From: Paramecium tetraurelia
Lineage: Eukaryota
Reading direction: 5' to 3'
Length of the DNA: 64,000 bases
NCBI GenBank assembly: GCA_000165425.1
Contig: CT868496.1
Coordinates: forward strand, 248,001-312,000
Positions 27,263 through 41,149 of the stretch are shown here, piece after piece; position 1 is the stretch's first letter; the number at the start of each line of letters is the position of its first letter. The notes below the pieces were generated by a model. That model was not told the DNA's origin. It saw nothing but the letters and a program-made list of their open reading frames with translations, and searched no databases. The translations under genes and the position numbers were made by a program.

Positions 27263-28125
27263 ATGAGCTACATATATTTCGATGGATAATAAATTGGAAT
27301 ATAAATTCCACCTCTACCATTTCGCCCCGAATATACTATTGAACATATGTATCAATATTTACAGTAAAACCTAATTGATATATCTCAATGTTCCTTATCA
27401 TGTGATGGATAATCACCTTTAAACCCAAAAGACAATACATCAATTGCATACTATATATAACAAAATTAATGTTCGTTCACAATTATCTAAATATAACCAC
27501 TTGTTAGTATTTTTTTTGGAGAATAATAAATACTTTAATAAGCACTGCCGGACATGATAATAACTGAAGTAAATAGTTTAATCTATATTTAAAGATATTG
27601 AACCATCTGTAATCATAAGGCTTTGCTTTTCCATAAAATGTTGCGCTAGATTTTTATGATGAGAACTAATTGTTAATAGCTTAAGATGTTGATATCAATT
27701 CGAACTTGTATAATTACACCTAAGGAAATTAAGTTGTTTTAATAAACATTAGATAAGTTTAATCATATAATTAACAAAAATAAGTTATTAAAGTTCCATC
27801 CAACATAACAAAGTACTAAATAAATTTATGCATTAGTTTGCCTGCTTAGGATCTACTTTAATAATTGATTTTACTAAAGAATTTAAGTTTGCTGATTGAT
27901 CCAAATAATTAATTTGTTGTTTATAAATTCCATTTCCCAACTTTGGTTTAAGGATACTTATAAAAATCAAAAGGCAAGGATCCAGAACATTGTACTTAAT
28001 TTAATTGGTAGGGTTAAGATTGGGTTGAGAAAAATTCTATAAAATATTGTTCTTTTGATGATTATGGATTTGCTATTTTGTGGGAGGATGGAAATCTAAG
28101 TTATGTGAAAATCGAATAATAATGA
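27263..28125 (+). CDS. Hypothetical protein
   Basis: MSYIYFDGQQIGIQIPPLPFRPEY start and ...ILWEDGNLSYVKIEQQ-TGA end. Internal exon structure not resolved. Confidence 0.6.
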
Positions 28126-28191
28126 AAGTCTTATATATATTTTAATATCAGAATTATTATTTTAAATTATCAAAGAATATTTAACAAAATT

Positions 28192-29442
28192 ATGAATTAA
28201 AATATATTAGTAATTGGTGCAGGAGTTGCTGGATTAGCTTGTGCTTAACACTTGATTAAATAGGGTTATAATGTCAAATTGTTTGAAGCATCAAATAGAT
28301 ATGGGGGAAGAGTGAAACCCTTAATTGGATTTAGTGATAGGCATTTAGAGGCTGGAGGATAAACAATCCATCATCCAGATAATGATTACTATAAAATGGC
28401 TATTGAAGCAGGTGCTAAATTAGAAATAGGAGGAGATTTGGTTGGATCAATTTATGATCCTATCCAAAAAAAAGTCATTACTTTTAATGAATTTGAAGAT
28501 CTCTATGAAAAAGAATCTTAATCAATTGAAGATTTCATAAATGATAGATTTTTAGAGGATGAGCCAGTTTTGTAAAGATTGTAAAAAAAAGGATATAATA
28601 TGGAATTTATTCATTTATTTTATGCTTTATATGGTAGTGAATATGGAGCTTCTATAGAAAAAATAGGTGCCAGGGCTATTGGAAGATATGAATTCGATAT
28701 GCCTATGTTTGTATCTGATTATGAAATTGAGAATAATTTTCACCACCAAAACATTTTTGATAAATTCTTCAAAGAAGCTATATAAATAATTGAATATAAT
28801 AAGTAAGTACAATCAATATCAATTACTAATGAAAAAGTTTAAGTATAAGTAAATAATGAACCAAATGAGTTTTTATTTGATTATGCTGTTTGCTGTGTTC
28901 CTATAACCCAGCTTAAGAAATTGAAAGTAGACCCTCCTTTTGAAGAATCTCGAATAAAGTAAATTAATCTGGTTGGAATGGATAAAGGAGGAAAATTTTT
29001 CATTAAATTAGATAAAAAGTTTTTAGAGCATGAAGAGGATTTCTTTTTACCTAAATTTAATCACAATTCCCTATGGTGGGATAGTTCAAGTGAAAATTAA
29101 TCAATTATCATTGGATTATTGGGATTAAGTGCTCATAATAGAGTTATGGAAATAGGAAATGAAGAATTTGCTAAAGAGATTGTTTAAACAATAAATGATT
29201 AATACAAAGTTGATTTGAAAGTGATCTCTTATCACTATGAAGATTGGGGTAATACACCTTTTATCGAAGGCTTGTATTCATTTCCCATGGCAGGAATTGA
29301 TGATAACTATAGATAAATCATCTCTGCACCTCATTAGAATAGATTGTATTTTGCAGGAGAAGCTTATCATCCTATTTATTATTCAACAATTCATGGAGCT
29401 TATGAAAGTGGAGTTAATGCAGCTAAAAAAATAATTAAATGA
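28192..29442 (+). CDS. FAD-dependent flavin amine oxidase (MAO/PAO family)
   Basis: Intronless 416-aa ORF. Rossmann motif VIGAGVAGLACA..FEASNRYGGRV, then W..TPFIEGLYS and RLYFAGEA..STIHGAYESG. Confidence 0.93.
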
Positions 29443-30084
29443 AATTTATTATATTAATTGTTTTTATTCTAATTTTTTCATTTTTATTATACGTTACCAA
29501 TTCTAAGGATATTAATTAATAAAATCATAAATTTTTTCATATTTATTTCTGAAATATTTCTTTTCTTTATTTCTACCTCTTATATCATCCTGATAGTAAT
29601 TAAGAATTTTAAAGAGACCTTTTAATTAAATATATTCCATAAATTTAGCATCTATAGTATTTTTTTAATTATAATTGTTGAGAATTCAGATGCTACCTAA
29701 TTAATCTAAATATTTGCTCTAAAATCAGTAGATTGAAAGAACATCACAAAACGATCTATTTATAATAAAAAGAACTGTTATATTTAATTAAAGCTATATA
29801 AAATTATATTGTTTGATAAATAGTTCCTATAAAGTAAGATGTTGTATTAGCTTGGTAAATTGTTGAATACACTAGACACAAATACAAATTATAGTTATTA
29901 ATTGAAAAAGTCTATCAATCTCTCTTAAAATGAACTTAAGATGATTAATTTGATTTCTGCAAACATATATGCTAATATAGTGATGAGTTAATATAAATAA
30001 TTTAGTCAATAATATTTTATGATACAGATATACAAATGAAATTTAAATAATAACAAAATAAAAATTAATACATTAATAACAAGT

Positions 30085-30825
30085 TCATTTTAAGATAAAG
30101 CCACATTTTTCCATCTCCTCTAATTATTATTGGACTTGCACTTTTATAACCTTAGTTCTACTTTTTTCAAGTTGAGAAATTTTTTGATTCCTCTCAAATT
30201 ACAATTGAGATAATTGGTTGATTTTTTTTTATTCTATTTCCTATAGCTTTTTATTCATTTCTAGCTTAATTAATTATTCTTGATCATTAAATTTATTAAG
30301 TAGCACTTCCTCTTAATGTGCATGTTTCTATTTAAGCACTCTCTATTGGGTTTCTTGAGTTTACCTTTATTCGGATTGAGTTCTTCGCATATGATCTTAA
30401 CTTGCTTCTTTTAGATAGACTTGATATAACTCAGCCTTTTTGAAATCCTTCTGATTTGACAAATATGTCATAATTTTTTATAGGTTTTAGTATTCTGCAT
30501 TTTTTTATCTTTTATAAAAGACTGATTTTTATTATGATATTTTTTATTGATGCCATAACTATTAAAGTGCCTAACTTTTCTAATAATTAAATTTTTCAAA
30601 TAATTAAGTAAAGTATTAGTTAACTTCATCAATCTGTTACTTGATTTAGGAAAGAATTCTGTCTTCTCCAATATTAAATTGTTCCTGAATTTCTTCTCTT
30701 TCAATAAGATCTCGAATGGTTTTCATTTACAATATTTTAGATTTGACTTCTTTTGCTTCTTTGAAATCTTAATTGACTTAACAATCAGTCATATGTTATT
30801 CTGTTAATTTGATTATTTCATCCAT
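30085..30825 (-). CDS. Coiled-coil hypothetical protein
   Basis: 741-nt code-6 ORF MDEIIKLTEQHMTDC..., rich in K/E/Q. Confidence 0.8.
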
Positions 30826-30885
30826 TTGAGTTAATGTTAACATATGTGAAAATGATTTATAATTATTGATTATTAATAATGATTA

Positions 30886-31903
30886 TCAATCTGGATATTC
30901 AACATCACCAAACTCTGATGGTAATTAATAAGTCCCAGGTCCAGGAACTAAAATTATGAAATTGAATTCAATTACAAACTTTGTTACGAATTTAAATGGT
31001 TTTTCTTTCTGATGCACCAAAACTGAATCCTGAACTGCTTTTCAATCTTAGATCTGCAATGCTCCCTGGTGGATCATAAGTTCCAGGTCCAGGAGTTTTA
31101 ATGATTCTGACAGATTTATTAGAGGATGGAGAGAATAATGGAGCACGATTGCTTTAGTATTTGGAATTGAAATAATTTCCTGTTTTGCTAATACCTCCAA
31201 CATTATAGGCACAGGGAGATGGAGTTGTAGATTCCAAATAGATGTCTAGATTAGAAGAATGTCATACGTTTGGCTTTAGTTCTTTCTCCAAATGAAAATT
31301 TAAGATTGGAGAAAGTATCTTTCAGAGTGTAGGTATTAGGTGCAGGATTCTTACTTGGATTTCCATATATCCCAACAGCTTTTGTTTCTTCTCTGCCAAA
31401 CCCAAATCTTGTTACTGGCTTAGGTTTAGATTTTATTGTATAAGCTGTTGGAGGAGGAATATACTTATCTGTTAATTTGGCAAAATCGAACTTTATACCA
31501 AATCCGAAACTGCAAGTTCTTTTGCCAAGAGATGTTCGAATCCTAATATATTACAAAGATTGGAATACTAAGAATCATAAAATTATTGTTGACAATAACT
31601 GGAACGAGGTTTCGAGAATCTAGTGGCTTTAGCAAATGAATATTGTTATTTAGATGGAGAATGATTAATCACATCATGAATAACCTTTTTATTAAATTGA
31701 TCAGCTGTCCTCAAGAGTATCATAGATCCCGTATTTCTTGGTCGTCCATACAAGGTTTCTGCAGCACTAAATGTCCTTTCTGATGCTGTTCTTGCTCTTC
31801 CCTTCTTCTTGCTGCTCCCTTAAGGGCTACTCAATTCAATATTATTTCCAGATTATGTCTCTTACTCCTATAATTTGTATTGACTATCCAATTAATCAGA
31901 CAT
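30886..31903 (-). CDS. SHIPPO/STPGR-repeat (ODF3-like) ciliary protein
   Basis: Repeats PPPTAY, PSPVAYN, TPGPGTYD and VPGPGTY, with FGIG/FGFG spacers. Small introns present. Confidence 0.88.
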
Positions 31904-31944
31904 CTTTATTTTATTATTATAATAATTTAATCACATTTTATATA

Positions 31945-34073
31945 TCAAAATTTTATATTAGATAAAGTCCCTGCCAATAACTCCACATAACTCTATAATT
32001 GACTTGTTAAAGGTTCCTCTATTCCAAATAGATTCTCACTCACTTACAATAGGTGTTCCCTCTCGATGTCAATTGACAATTTGTTCTTTAAACATGTCTA
32101 GCTTTCAATATGAAATTATACCTCAACCACTCCAATCACCACATCCTCTTTATTTAATAAAGGCTAAACAAAAATCGGCAAAATTGTTGTCAAATCAACC
32201 TTCGGATTAAAATTAACTGATCTCTTTATATCATTCACAATGTATCTCTGCTTATTCCTTGCTGCCATCCCTGCTAATCCATAATCCAATGAAAATTACT
32301 ATTCTTTCTGATTTTCATAACTTAATAACTGTTCATTCTCCACAAAATAGAATCTGATCATCTGAAATCCAAATATTCTCTTAAAACTTAATTTAATTCT
32401 TTCAGTTGCTGTTTACTTATTTTAGGATCTTAGAATATCTGTTAACTGATGGTTCATTAAACTTCTGTACTTTTAGGCTATTAGCCAACTCTCCTTATCT
32501 ACCAACCTCTATAAGATATTTCCCAAAAAACTACTAATTATAATCCCAAAGTATTCTTCATCAAAAGAAAATTACTCCTGTTCCGAATTCAATATTATTA
32601 AACTTCCTCTTATTACATTTTATCCAATACAAAATATGGGTAATATCAAAGCACTCTTTCCAAATTCTGGTTACTCACTCTCATTTATTCTATAGATTAT
32701 TGCTTTCTTTGGTTTTTAACCTATGTTTTGCGCTTAATACAATTTGAATGTATCAGCTACCATTCCTTTATCTTATAGTGCCTTTATTTATTATCGAGTT
32801 TCTAAATAAGAATATAGTAACCCATTTTTCGTGTCTAACAACCATAACTTGGCTGTCTCACATTTAAATATTTATGGCAGCTACCTATTTACGTTAAAAA
32901 TCAAATCTTCAATTGTTTAACAATTACTGAATTCTTCCATTAGTAGTAATAATTAATTCAATCTTTCAGAAAAGTCCTTATATGAGAGAAGTTGATTACA
33001 ATAATAAGATATTTATTATTTTTAAACTTCCTAAGATTATTAAGATATTTATTAAAGCGTGTTAACAACCCCTTTCTCACATAAATCATTTAATAAATTC
33101 TAATGATCTAACTTCTAACATACTATTCTAAAATCTAAATTTTGTGGTATTTTGAAATTCATTAATAATTCGATATCATCCTTCTTAATCAATCCTCTTA
33201 CTTCATCATCCTCATTCTTTTTTCTTAAGTTATCAATAGTTTTTTATAATCTACTTACTACCAATTGATATTAATTTAATTTCCCTTGAATTCTCTCAAC
33301 CTCTTAATTTTTCCTTTCTAAATCTCTTTTCAATTACTCATTTTCCTTCATTAAAATAGTTATATTTGATCTCATTTCAAAAATATTGATATCATTTGAG
33401 ACTATAAATTCGATTCTCTTTTCTAATGCATTTATTTTCTTGACATTAATTTCGTTTAAATTTTTTTCTTATTTTAGTTACTTTTATAATTTAAAATTGT
33501 CTTCTATCAATTTATTATTTCTGCCAGAATTAATTTCTACTTCTTATTGTAATGATTTATTCCTATCAAATAATTCAGCTTCCTTCCTAAATTTTTATTT
33601 ATTAAACACTAGAAATGAGTAAAACAGTATACTTGACGTTTTCTTTTATTCTCTATTTAAAAAACCTATCTAAATTTCATTTTTTGTAGCATTTTATATA
33701 GTGTTGACAATTGAGAGTAAGAGTTACTCAATTTTTTATATGGTTGGTAAACTATTCAGTTAATTTTTTTGTGTTGTAATAACTTAGATGAGGAATTCTA
33801 ACGTAGTGCATCTAGATATCAATCTATTTTGCAAATCTTTTATTTTCTTATTACATTGAATTAGTTTACTTAGATATCAAGATCTTCATTTCCTTCTGTC
33901 AATAATCTTTATTCTTTGCCAAAGGCCGTACTTAATATTGTCTACTTATGTGGTAAAGTCAAAGTTTATTATGATTGTTAATTGGCTCTTGGAGTGCTCA
34001 TTTAAGTGGCTCCTAAATAATCAATAGATTGAGGTTATTTGGACAGTAGGTGAACTAATTAAGAATGTTTCAT
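31945..34073 (-). CDS. Coiled-coil protein with two C-terminal GAF domains
   Basis: GAF-A: FKCETAKLWLLD..KGMVADTF..LILPI. GAF-B: DYGLAGMAARNKQRYIVNDIKRSVNFNPKVD..QPLLNKEDVVIGVVEV. The frame is continuous from the coiled coil into GAF-A. Confidence 0.82.
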
Positions 34074-34094
34074 TTATTATATATTTATATAAAT

Positions 34095-36200
34095 TCAATC
34101 TTGTTATTGATTGTCTAATTTCACTTTTTTTTTGCTTTTCTTTTTATTTGGTGGCATTTTGTTTTGAATTTGATCGATGTCAAATACCTTGATAGTTTGA
34201 TCTTCAGAACCTAAAATTATAAAGATAATTGTACTTGTAATAACCAAATTATTAGTGAAATACACAAAGTCCAACAAAAATCCACTGTGACCTCGAATAT
34301 TGGCCTTTTCCAATCCTTCAAGAGTTTATCTACTAGGTATCATTCTTTATAGAATTTCTGTGACATTCCAAACTTACAAAGATTAATGACATTTGGCTTA
34401 GGATGTTATTAAACCATTTCTCTATTGAACTTTTTGTATAGGGAAGCGATGCTTTAAATATCCCAATAACACAATTTCATTATGTATTACATTTATGGAT
34501 ATCGTTTAATTATTGCAACCAGTAAGTAAGTAAATATTGTTATTGTACAAACTAACATCAATGCAATTTATCTCTGTATTATGAATTTGTTTAGTATCAA
34601 AATGAAGTTTCTGATAATAGAACACATGATATCCATTAAAGATATAAAATAGATAACATTTATCATTATTAAATAGAAATTATATGCTGTTCATGTTAAT
34701 TGTAACGATATCAAATGTTTTGTTTTTAATTATTTGTTATAATTTAATCTTTTATTAGATCAAAAAATTAAAAAGCACTTACCCTGTTGACAAATCAATA
34801 AGTTAAATCCTACCAGTTAACATAATGATCAAAACATAATCTTAAATTTGATGAGGCTTAGTTAGTAATTCGTTTTCTTAATCTATTTATATTTGTTCAA
34901 CATCAAATAAATCTAATAAAAGTAATACTTATTTTTTATTTAGCCACTCAATTTTTGCGATAGGATCTTCAGAATTATATTTGTCTAGTAATTATTCCTT
35001 ATAAATATCAACTAATTCAATCTTCTAATCTTTTTGAATCATCACAATGCCTTCTTAAAATGGACTAATATAAAAATTAGAGAAATCAGTTATTTTCCAA
35101 AATTCATTGATGTGAGTAGGGTATTTATTTTTTGTTAAATCTAGTGATTTTAAGGTTTAATCATGAAAGTATATTAAATTCTTTTCTTTCCCTATTTGTA
35201 ATTTGTTGACTTTACCAGCCAAACAGACGAATTTGTGATAATCGACAATTTATCCATCTTCAACACGAAATGAAAATATTCTTCTATCCAAGCCTACTGT
35301 ATAATATTGATTTAGGTAGTTATTCATTAAATATATACCCTTTATATGAATTTCTTATGGTAATTTATAGAAGTGCTTATCAGAGATAACATTTGCATCC
35401 AATTTTAATGATTTGACCTGATTGGTTAATTAAATTAAGAAGATCTCTCCTTATTTGGATGTGACAAAAATTTGTTTATCATCTAAGAATTTAATGCTTA
35501 AAGATGCTTTTTTGAGATTATCGGTCGGCAATTTCTCATTGACGATAAATTTTAATTCAATGAAGATATCATTTTCATTAATGGTATTAGTTTATTTCCA
35601 TTCATCTATTTAATCTAATTGAAATACATGTAGACTAATTGCTTTATGCAATTTATTTAACACTCCGTATTTATTTTTAAATCTATCAACACATAATACA
35701 TGATAAGGATAATCATATTCAGATTTTTATTCAAATCTATACATCCTGCCACTCTAGTAAATGACAACATTCTCATCTCCCCATTTTGGAATGCAATGAG
35801 GTTGTGTTATCAATTTCAATGCGAAATGAATCAATTCAAATTTATCATTCAATTTAAATCCTAATGCTATTCCCTTATTATCTAAGAGCAAATATTCATT
35901 ATTCATTTCCTTTAATATCATAGGAATTTCGATATTGAATTCAAGCTTACCCAAATATTTCTATTATTAAAACATTGTAATAACCCCACCCTCTTAGCCA
36001 ACAAATATGTATTGATCTTTTAAATACAACATTGTTACTTTTTATTATCCTTGCAATGTGTATTTGAAGTGTTTGGTTTCACTATTATAAACAAATACTT
36101 AGTCGTTGACTCCATAACACAGTATCTCCCCATTCATTTAAGCAATCTGTGGATAAAACCAATTGGGACTAAATGAAATACATTTTGAAGGAATGTCCAT
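34095..36200 (-). CDS. Gemin5-like tandem WD40 protein (WD40 half only)
   Basis: N-terminal FSPNWF, internal TVGLDRRIF..CLAGKVNKL and C-terminal NIRGHSGFLL..SSEDQTIKVF..MPPNKKK, all parallel to recalled Gemin5 landmarks. About 690 aa. Confidence 0.65.
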
Positions 36201-36221
36201 AAATATATAATAAATTAAATA

Positions 36222-36861
36222 TCATTAAGACATAGCATTTTAAATTCCATCTTAAGGATTAAGTGGTTAATTCTCCTCCTCCAATTTCTTTGCTTCATCT
36301 TCTTCTTATTTCTTCTTCTTTAGTTATTCAGCCTAAAGTGCTTGTCTCTTGGCTTCCATCTATCGATGTTCGTGAATTCCATAATAGTAATACCCATTCA
36401 AAGATGTCAGAAATTCAAACAAAAAAGGAATTATACTTAGTTTACATAATTATAAATACCAGAATATCACCCATAGATACATTATAGTTTTGTGTCTCCA
36501 TCTATCAAAGAGAAAACATACAAATGTCCAAACTCCGACAAAGTGATAAATGCATAAAACTGAATTTACCTTATCAAAATGAATATTCATTGCTAACATG
36601 TTTAACCCAATTTGTGCTGCTTAAAATAGAATACACAATATCAAAAATATTATTATGCTTTATTTAGTTTTATTATTACTAAACTTATGCCTCTGAATAT
36701 TCATCAGCTGTTGGAATTGCTCTAATTCCAGCTGAAATATTTTAATGAGTAGCACCTAAACATTAACAAGTAATGATCAATTCTAACATCACCAGAATAA
36801 ACTTTGAAACTATTAAAGACCTTGATGTCTCAGAAAATTTATTTAAACTTAAAATTTTCAT
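36222..36861 (-). CDS. TMEM107: TMEM107 ciliary transition-zone membrane protein
   Basis: LIVSKFILVMLELII..NISAGI..TADEYSEA..HFVGVWTFVCFLFDRWRHKTIMYLWVIFCIIPFLFE. Four TM segments and two small introns. Confidence 0.85.
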
Positions 36862-36929
36862 TAAATTATATTAAAAACTAACATTGTAATTTTTAATTTG
36901 CAAAATATTTTAGTAATAAATTATTAATT

Positions 36930-39900
36930 ATGTAAAAGAATGAAGAAACCATCAAATTAGATACTTCTAGCCTAAACACAATACTTAATGAAGAAGAATT
37001 CTACTCTAAACCTTTGAATGCTGAAACTAATATTTTCAAAAGGATATTCCTATTGAATGTCTAAGATTACATGAATAATCTATATTCTGAAATAGTAAGC
37101 AAAGACATTAAATTTAACTTTTCACATACACCTCCAGTGTAGGATAGTTAGAAGATTCAAGTTGAATTACTTGAGAATCTTCTTAATTAAAAATCTTCTA
37201 ATATTACTAAGATGTCTCTTTTCAAACTATTTTTCCTAAAATAAAAATAAAAATTTGCCTTAATTTTATTTGTATTAGCACTTTTTTCAATCTCTAAATG
37301 TGGAATATCTATTTTACTATCTACTCTAATAGATTCAATATAATAAGACTTAAAAATTAAATATGCATATGGGATAGGATTGGTCTTATTAAATGGAGTA
37401 TCTATCATTTGTCAACATTAATTCTATTCAATAGGCTATGAATACTCAACAATCGTAAGAATGAGTATGGCTAATATACTTTATCATAAAATCTTTAAGT
37501 TGCACACTTATCAGATAAAAAATACTAATTAAGGAAAAATAATCAATATGATTTCAGCAGATTTAAATTTATTGGAACCTTTCTTAATCTATATGTTTGT
37601 TGTATTTAATCTACCAATAGCCTTAGGATTGACGGCTGCTATTTTATGGATAAGATTTGATGGTCCCTAAGGTTTATTGTTGTTGGCTCTGCTATTTCTG
37701 GCTTACCCAATTTAATTATTTTTCACTCATAGAATTACTGTACTTGTCAAGAAAACTAAAGAATATGCAGATTAACGAGTCAAATTGACAAATGAATTTA
37801 TAGAGGGTGTTAGATTAATTAAGATGTATGCTTGGGAGTAGTCCTTTATTAAGAGTATTAGGAATCTAGCCCATTAAGAACATTTTGCTTATATATTAAC
37901 TCATCTCTAATATGTTATATTAAGAGGAACCACCTTCTTTAGTCAAATGTGGGCAAGTGCAATATTTTTTATGATTATGCATTATGGAGGGTTCTATGAA
38001 ATTAATGTGTCTATAATGTTATCAACATTATAATTAGCTGCTTTTGCCAGGTTTTTTTGTGTTAATTTGTCAAGTTTTGGATTAGATTTTATCGCAAATT
38101 TAAAAATAGTTTTGGAAAGAATGAGAGTTGTTTTGTCAATGGAAGAGATTATATAAACTTAGTCACTATAAGATTAACAACCAAAAGAAGAGGGATTGGT
38201 TCTAAAAAATCTTGAAGGATATTGGAATGTACAAGGGCAACCCTAGATTAAATTGTCTTTCAAATTTAACATTGGACTATATGCTGTTATAGGAAAAATT
38301 GGATCTGGAAAGTCGTCATTATTGAATGCAATTATTGGTGAGATGCCGAAAACAACTGGTTCAATTTTATTAGATGGGGAAGATATTAAAAATAGGAAGG
38401 TTGGTTATGTAGAATAAGAACCTTTCATATTTCCAGCTAGCTTTAAGGAGAACATTTTATTTGGAAGACCAATGGATGAATGCTTATACTAGTAAGTACT
38501 AGAATAATCTAATTTGATTATGGATCTTTAAAATATGGAGAAAGGTGATACCACTATGATAGGGGAAAAAGGGCTCACATTATCAGGAGGATAAAAAGCG
38601 AGATTGAGTTTAGCAAGGGCTTTATATGAAGACGCTGAAGTATATCTATTAGATGATCCATTATCTGCAGTAGATGCTAAAGTATCAAGGTCTATTTTTA
38701 ATAATCTTAAACACTTGGCTAAACAAAGAATTATTATATTAGTAACGCATTAAGTTTAGTTTGCTCCTGAATGTGATTAAATTATTATTATGAATGAAGG
38801 GTAGATAATGGCAAGTGGAGAATTTAAAGATGTAAACTAACATTTAAATCTAATTACTGATACATTCTCATAACAAGAATAATAGGTGTAATATATAAAC
38901 AATGTAACTAAATAAGACAATGATTTATATAAAAAGGAAGAACTAACTTCTAAGCCAGTAACGTTGGATACTTATAAGAGATTTTTCAAATAATGGTCAT
39001 ACCCATTTTTATTAATCATTATGATAATATTTTATTTGGGTTAGGAAGTTCTATTATAATTATATATTTACTTTATATCTGAATATGAAGATGAAGGTTC
39101 CTTCTTTTTATTAATTGGAATGTTGTGTATTGGAGCATTGGTATTAAATTTAATAAAGTATGGAATCACCACCTTTAGTGTTTTATCAGGAACCAAACAA
39201 ACTCATGATTAGATGATAAATTCATTAAGCCAAAGTCCTATATCATATTTTGATACAAATCCATCAGGTAGGATACTTAATCGATTTTCAAATGATAAAA
39301 GTTTATGTGATTTTACAATGAACTTATCATTATGGGAGGTTTTCGAATTGAACTCCTATTTTATCATCTCTATTGCATTTCTAATATCAATACTCCCATA
39401 TTTTGTAATCGTAATGTTTTTTATAATCTGCTTTTAAGTATATATATTAACAAGATCTTACAAAATAATTATAGAGACTAAAGAATGCGATTCAATTTAA
39501 AAAAGTCCTCTGTTTGATTTCTTTAAGAATACATTAAATGGAATCGTGTAGATAAAATTATACAAACAATAATAATATTTTAAATAATTCTTTAACTAGT
39601 TATCAAATAATTGCATTAGATCCAATTTTACATTTTATTAGTGTTCAACAAATTTTGGATATAAAGTACATTTATCAGGATGGCTTGCATCAGTAATAGG
39701 CACCATGATTGTTATTGGAGTGTATGAAAATAAATCTGTATTCTCGCAAGCTTTGCTGATTTTAACAATCTTTAATGATTAATTTTAATGGTGTATGAGA
39801 CAGATGATATAAGTACATGCAATGATGTCATCTTGCCAAAGAATGTATGAAATTATTGATTTAAAACCTGAAGCTCCCTAATATCTTGAATAGATTTAAA

Positions 39901-40703
39901 ATTGGCCGAATATTGGTGAGGTGAGATTTGAATAAGTTGAATTGAGATACAGATACAATACTCCTTTAATCTTAAAAGGAATCAATTTTGAAATTCCTCA
40001 AAAAAAAAGAATAGGAATAATTGGCAGAACTGGGGCAGGGAAGTCTTCAATTTTATAAGCAATGTTTAGAATGTCTGAAATAGAGAAAGGATAAATTGTT
40101 ATAGATAATGTTAATATATAAATATTAGGTTTACATCAATTAAGATCTTCGATTGGTATAATCCCTTAGAGCCCATTTTTATTTAGTGGAAGTATTAGAA
40201 GAAATTTGGATCCTTTGAATGAATATACAGACAAAGAATTATGGGATGCTTTGCAATAAACATCATTAGATGAATACATCAGAAAATTACCAAAACAACT
40301 TGATTCCGATATGACTTAAGTTAATTCTATTTTTTCTGTTGGATAAAAATAATTAATTTGTTTGGTTAGAATTATACTGAGTAAAAAAAAGATTATTGTT
40401 TTGGATGAAGCAACAGCGAATTTGGATCAGAAAACAGATGATCTTATTCAATTGGTGATTAGTAAGTTTGATGCTACTATTATAACAATTGCACATAGAT
40501 TGAACACTATTGCAGATTACGATTACGTGATGGTTATGCAAGATGGCAAAATTATAGAATATGATAAACCCTTAATGTTGTTGTGTAATTCAACGGATGA
40601 CTCAGAAATTACAAAAAACACTGAATTTGCTTAAATGGTAAAAGCTACAGGAAATGAAAATTCAAAAGTGATATTAAAATTAGCTAGAGGAATTTCAAAT
40701 TGA
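36930..40703 (+). CDS. ABCC/MRP full-size ABC transporter
   Basis: 3774-nt in-frame [75 protein letters not shown] and IAHRL. Confidence 0.96.
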
Positions 40704-41149
40704 TTTATAATTATGATAAATTTATTATATAAAGACAATTTAGAGTAAATCCAAAGTTATCAATTAAATTAGAAGAAATCTCATTTTATTCCACTAATGT
40801 AAAATTTAGTCAAAAATTCAAGTTAAATTCTCACAAAATTCAATTCTAAAAATTAAGCAAAGAATTACTTATAATTCTGAGCTTTAACTTTCAATTATTA
40901 AGAAAATAACATTCCATATTTCTAATATAACTTAAATGAAAATTCAAAACAATTTTTTGTAATACCATAAATTAAGGATGCTAAGAATAATTGAATAGTT
41001 TAAGAGAAATATTAGTTTATCAAAGAAAAAAATTACTAAAGTATCATTTTTAGTAAATTTTCTATTTACAATACATTCAACACTTTATTAATGTCAATAT
41101 ATTTTTTTCATTCAACCTCTATTTTAATAATTGATGATACTCTATAAAG

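Noticed and set aside
29975..30045. Possible C/D snoRNA (gtgatga box C-like)
   Set aside because: No suitably placed CTGA box D or terminal stem was seen.
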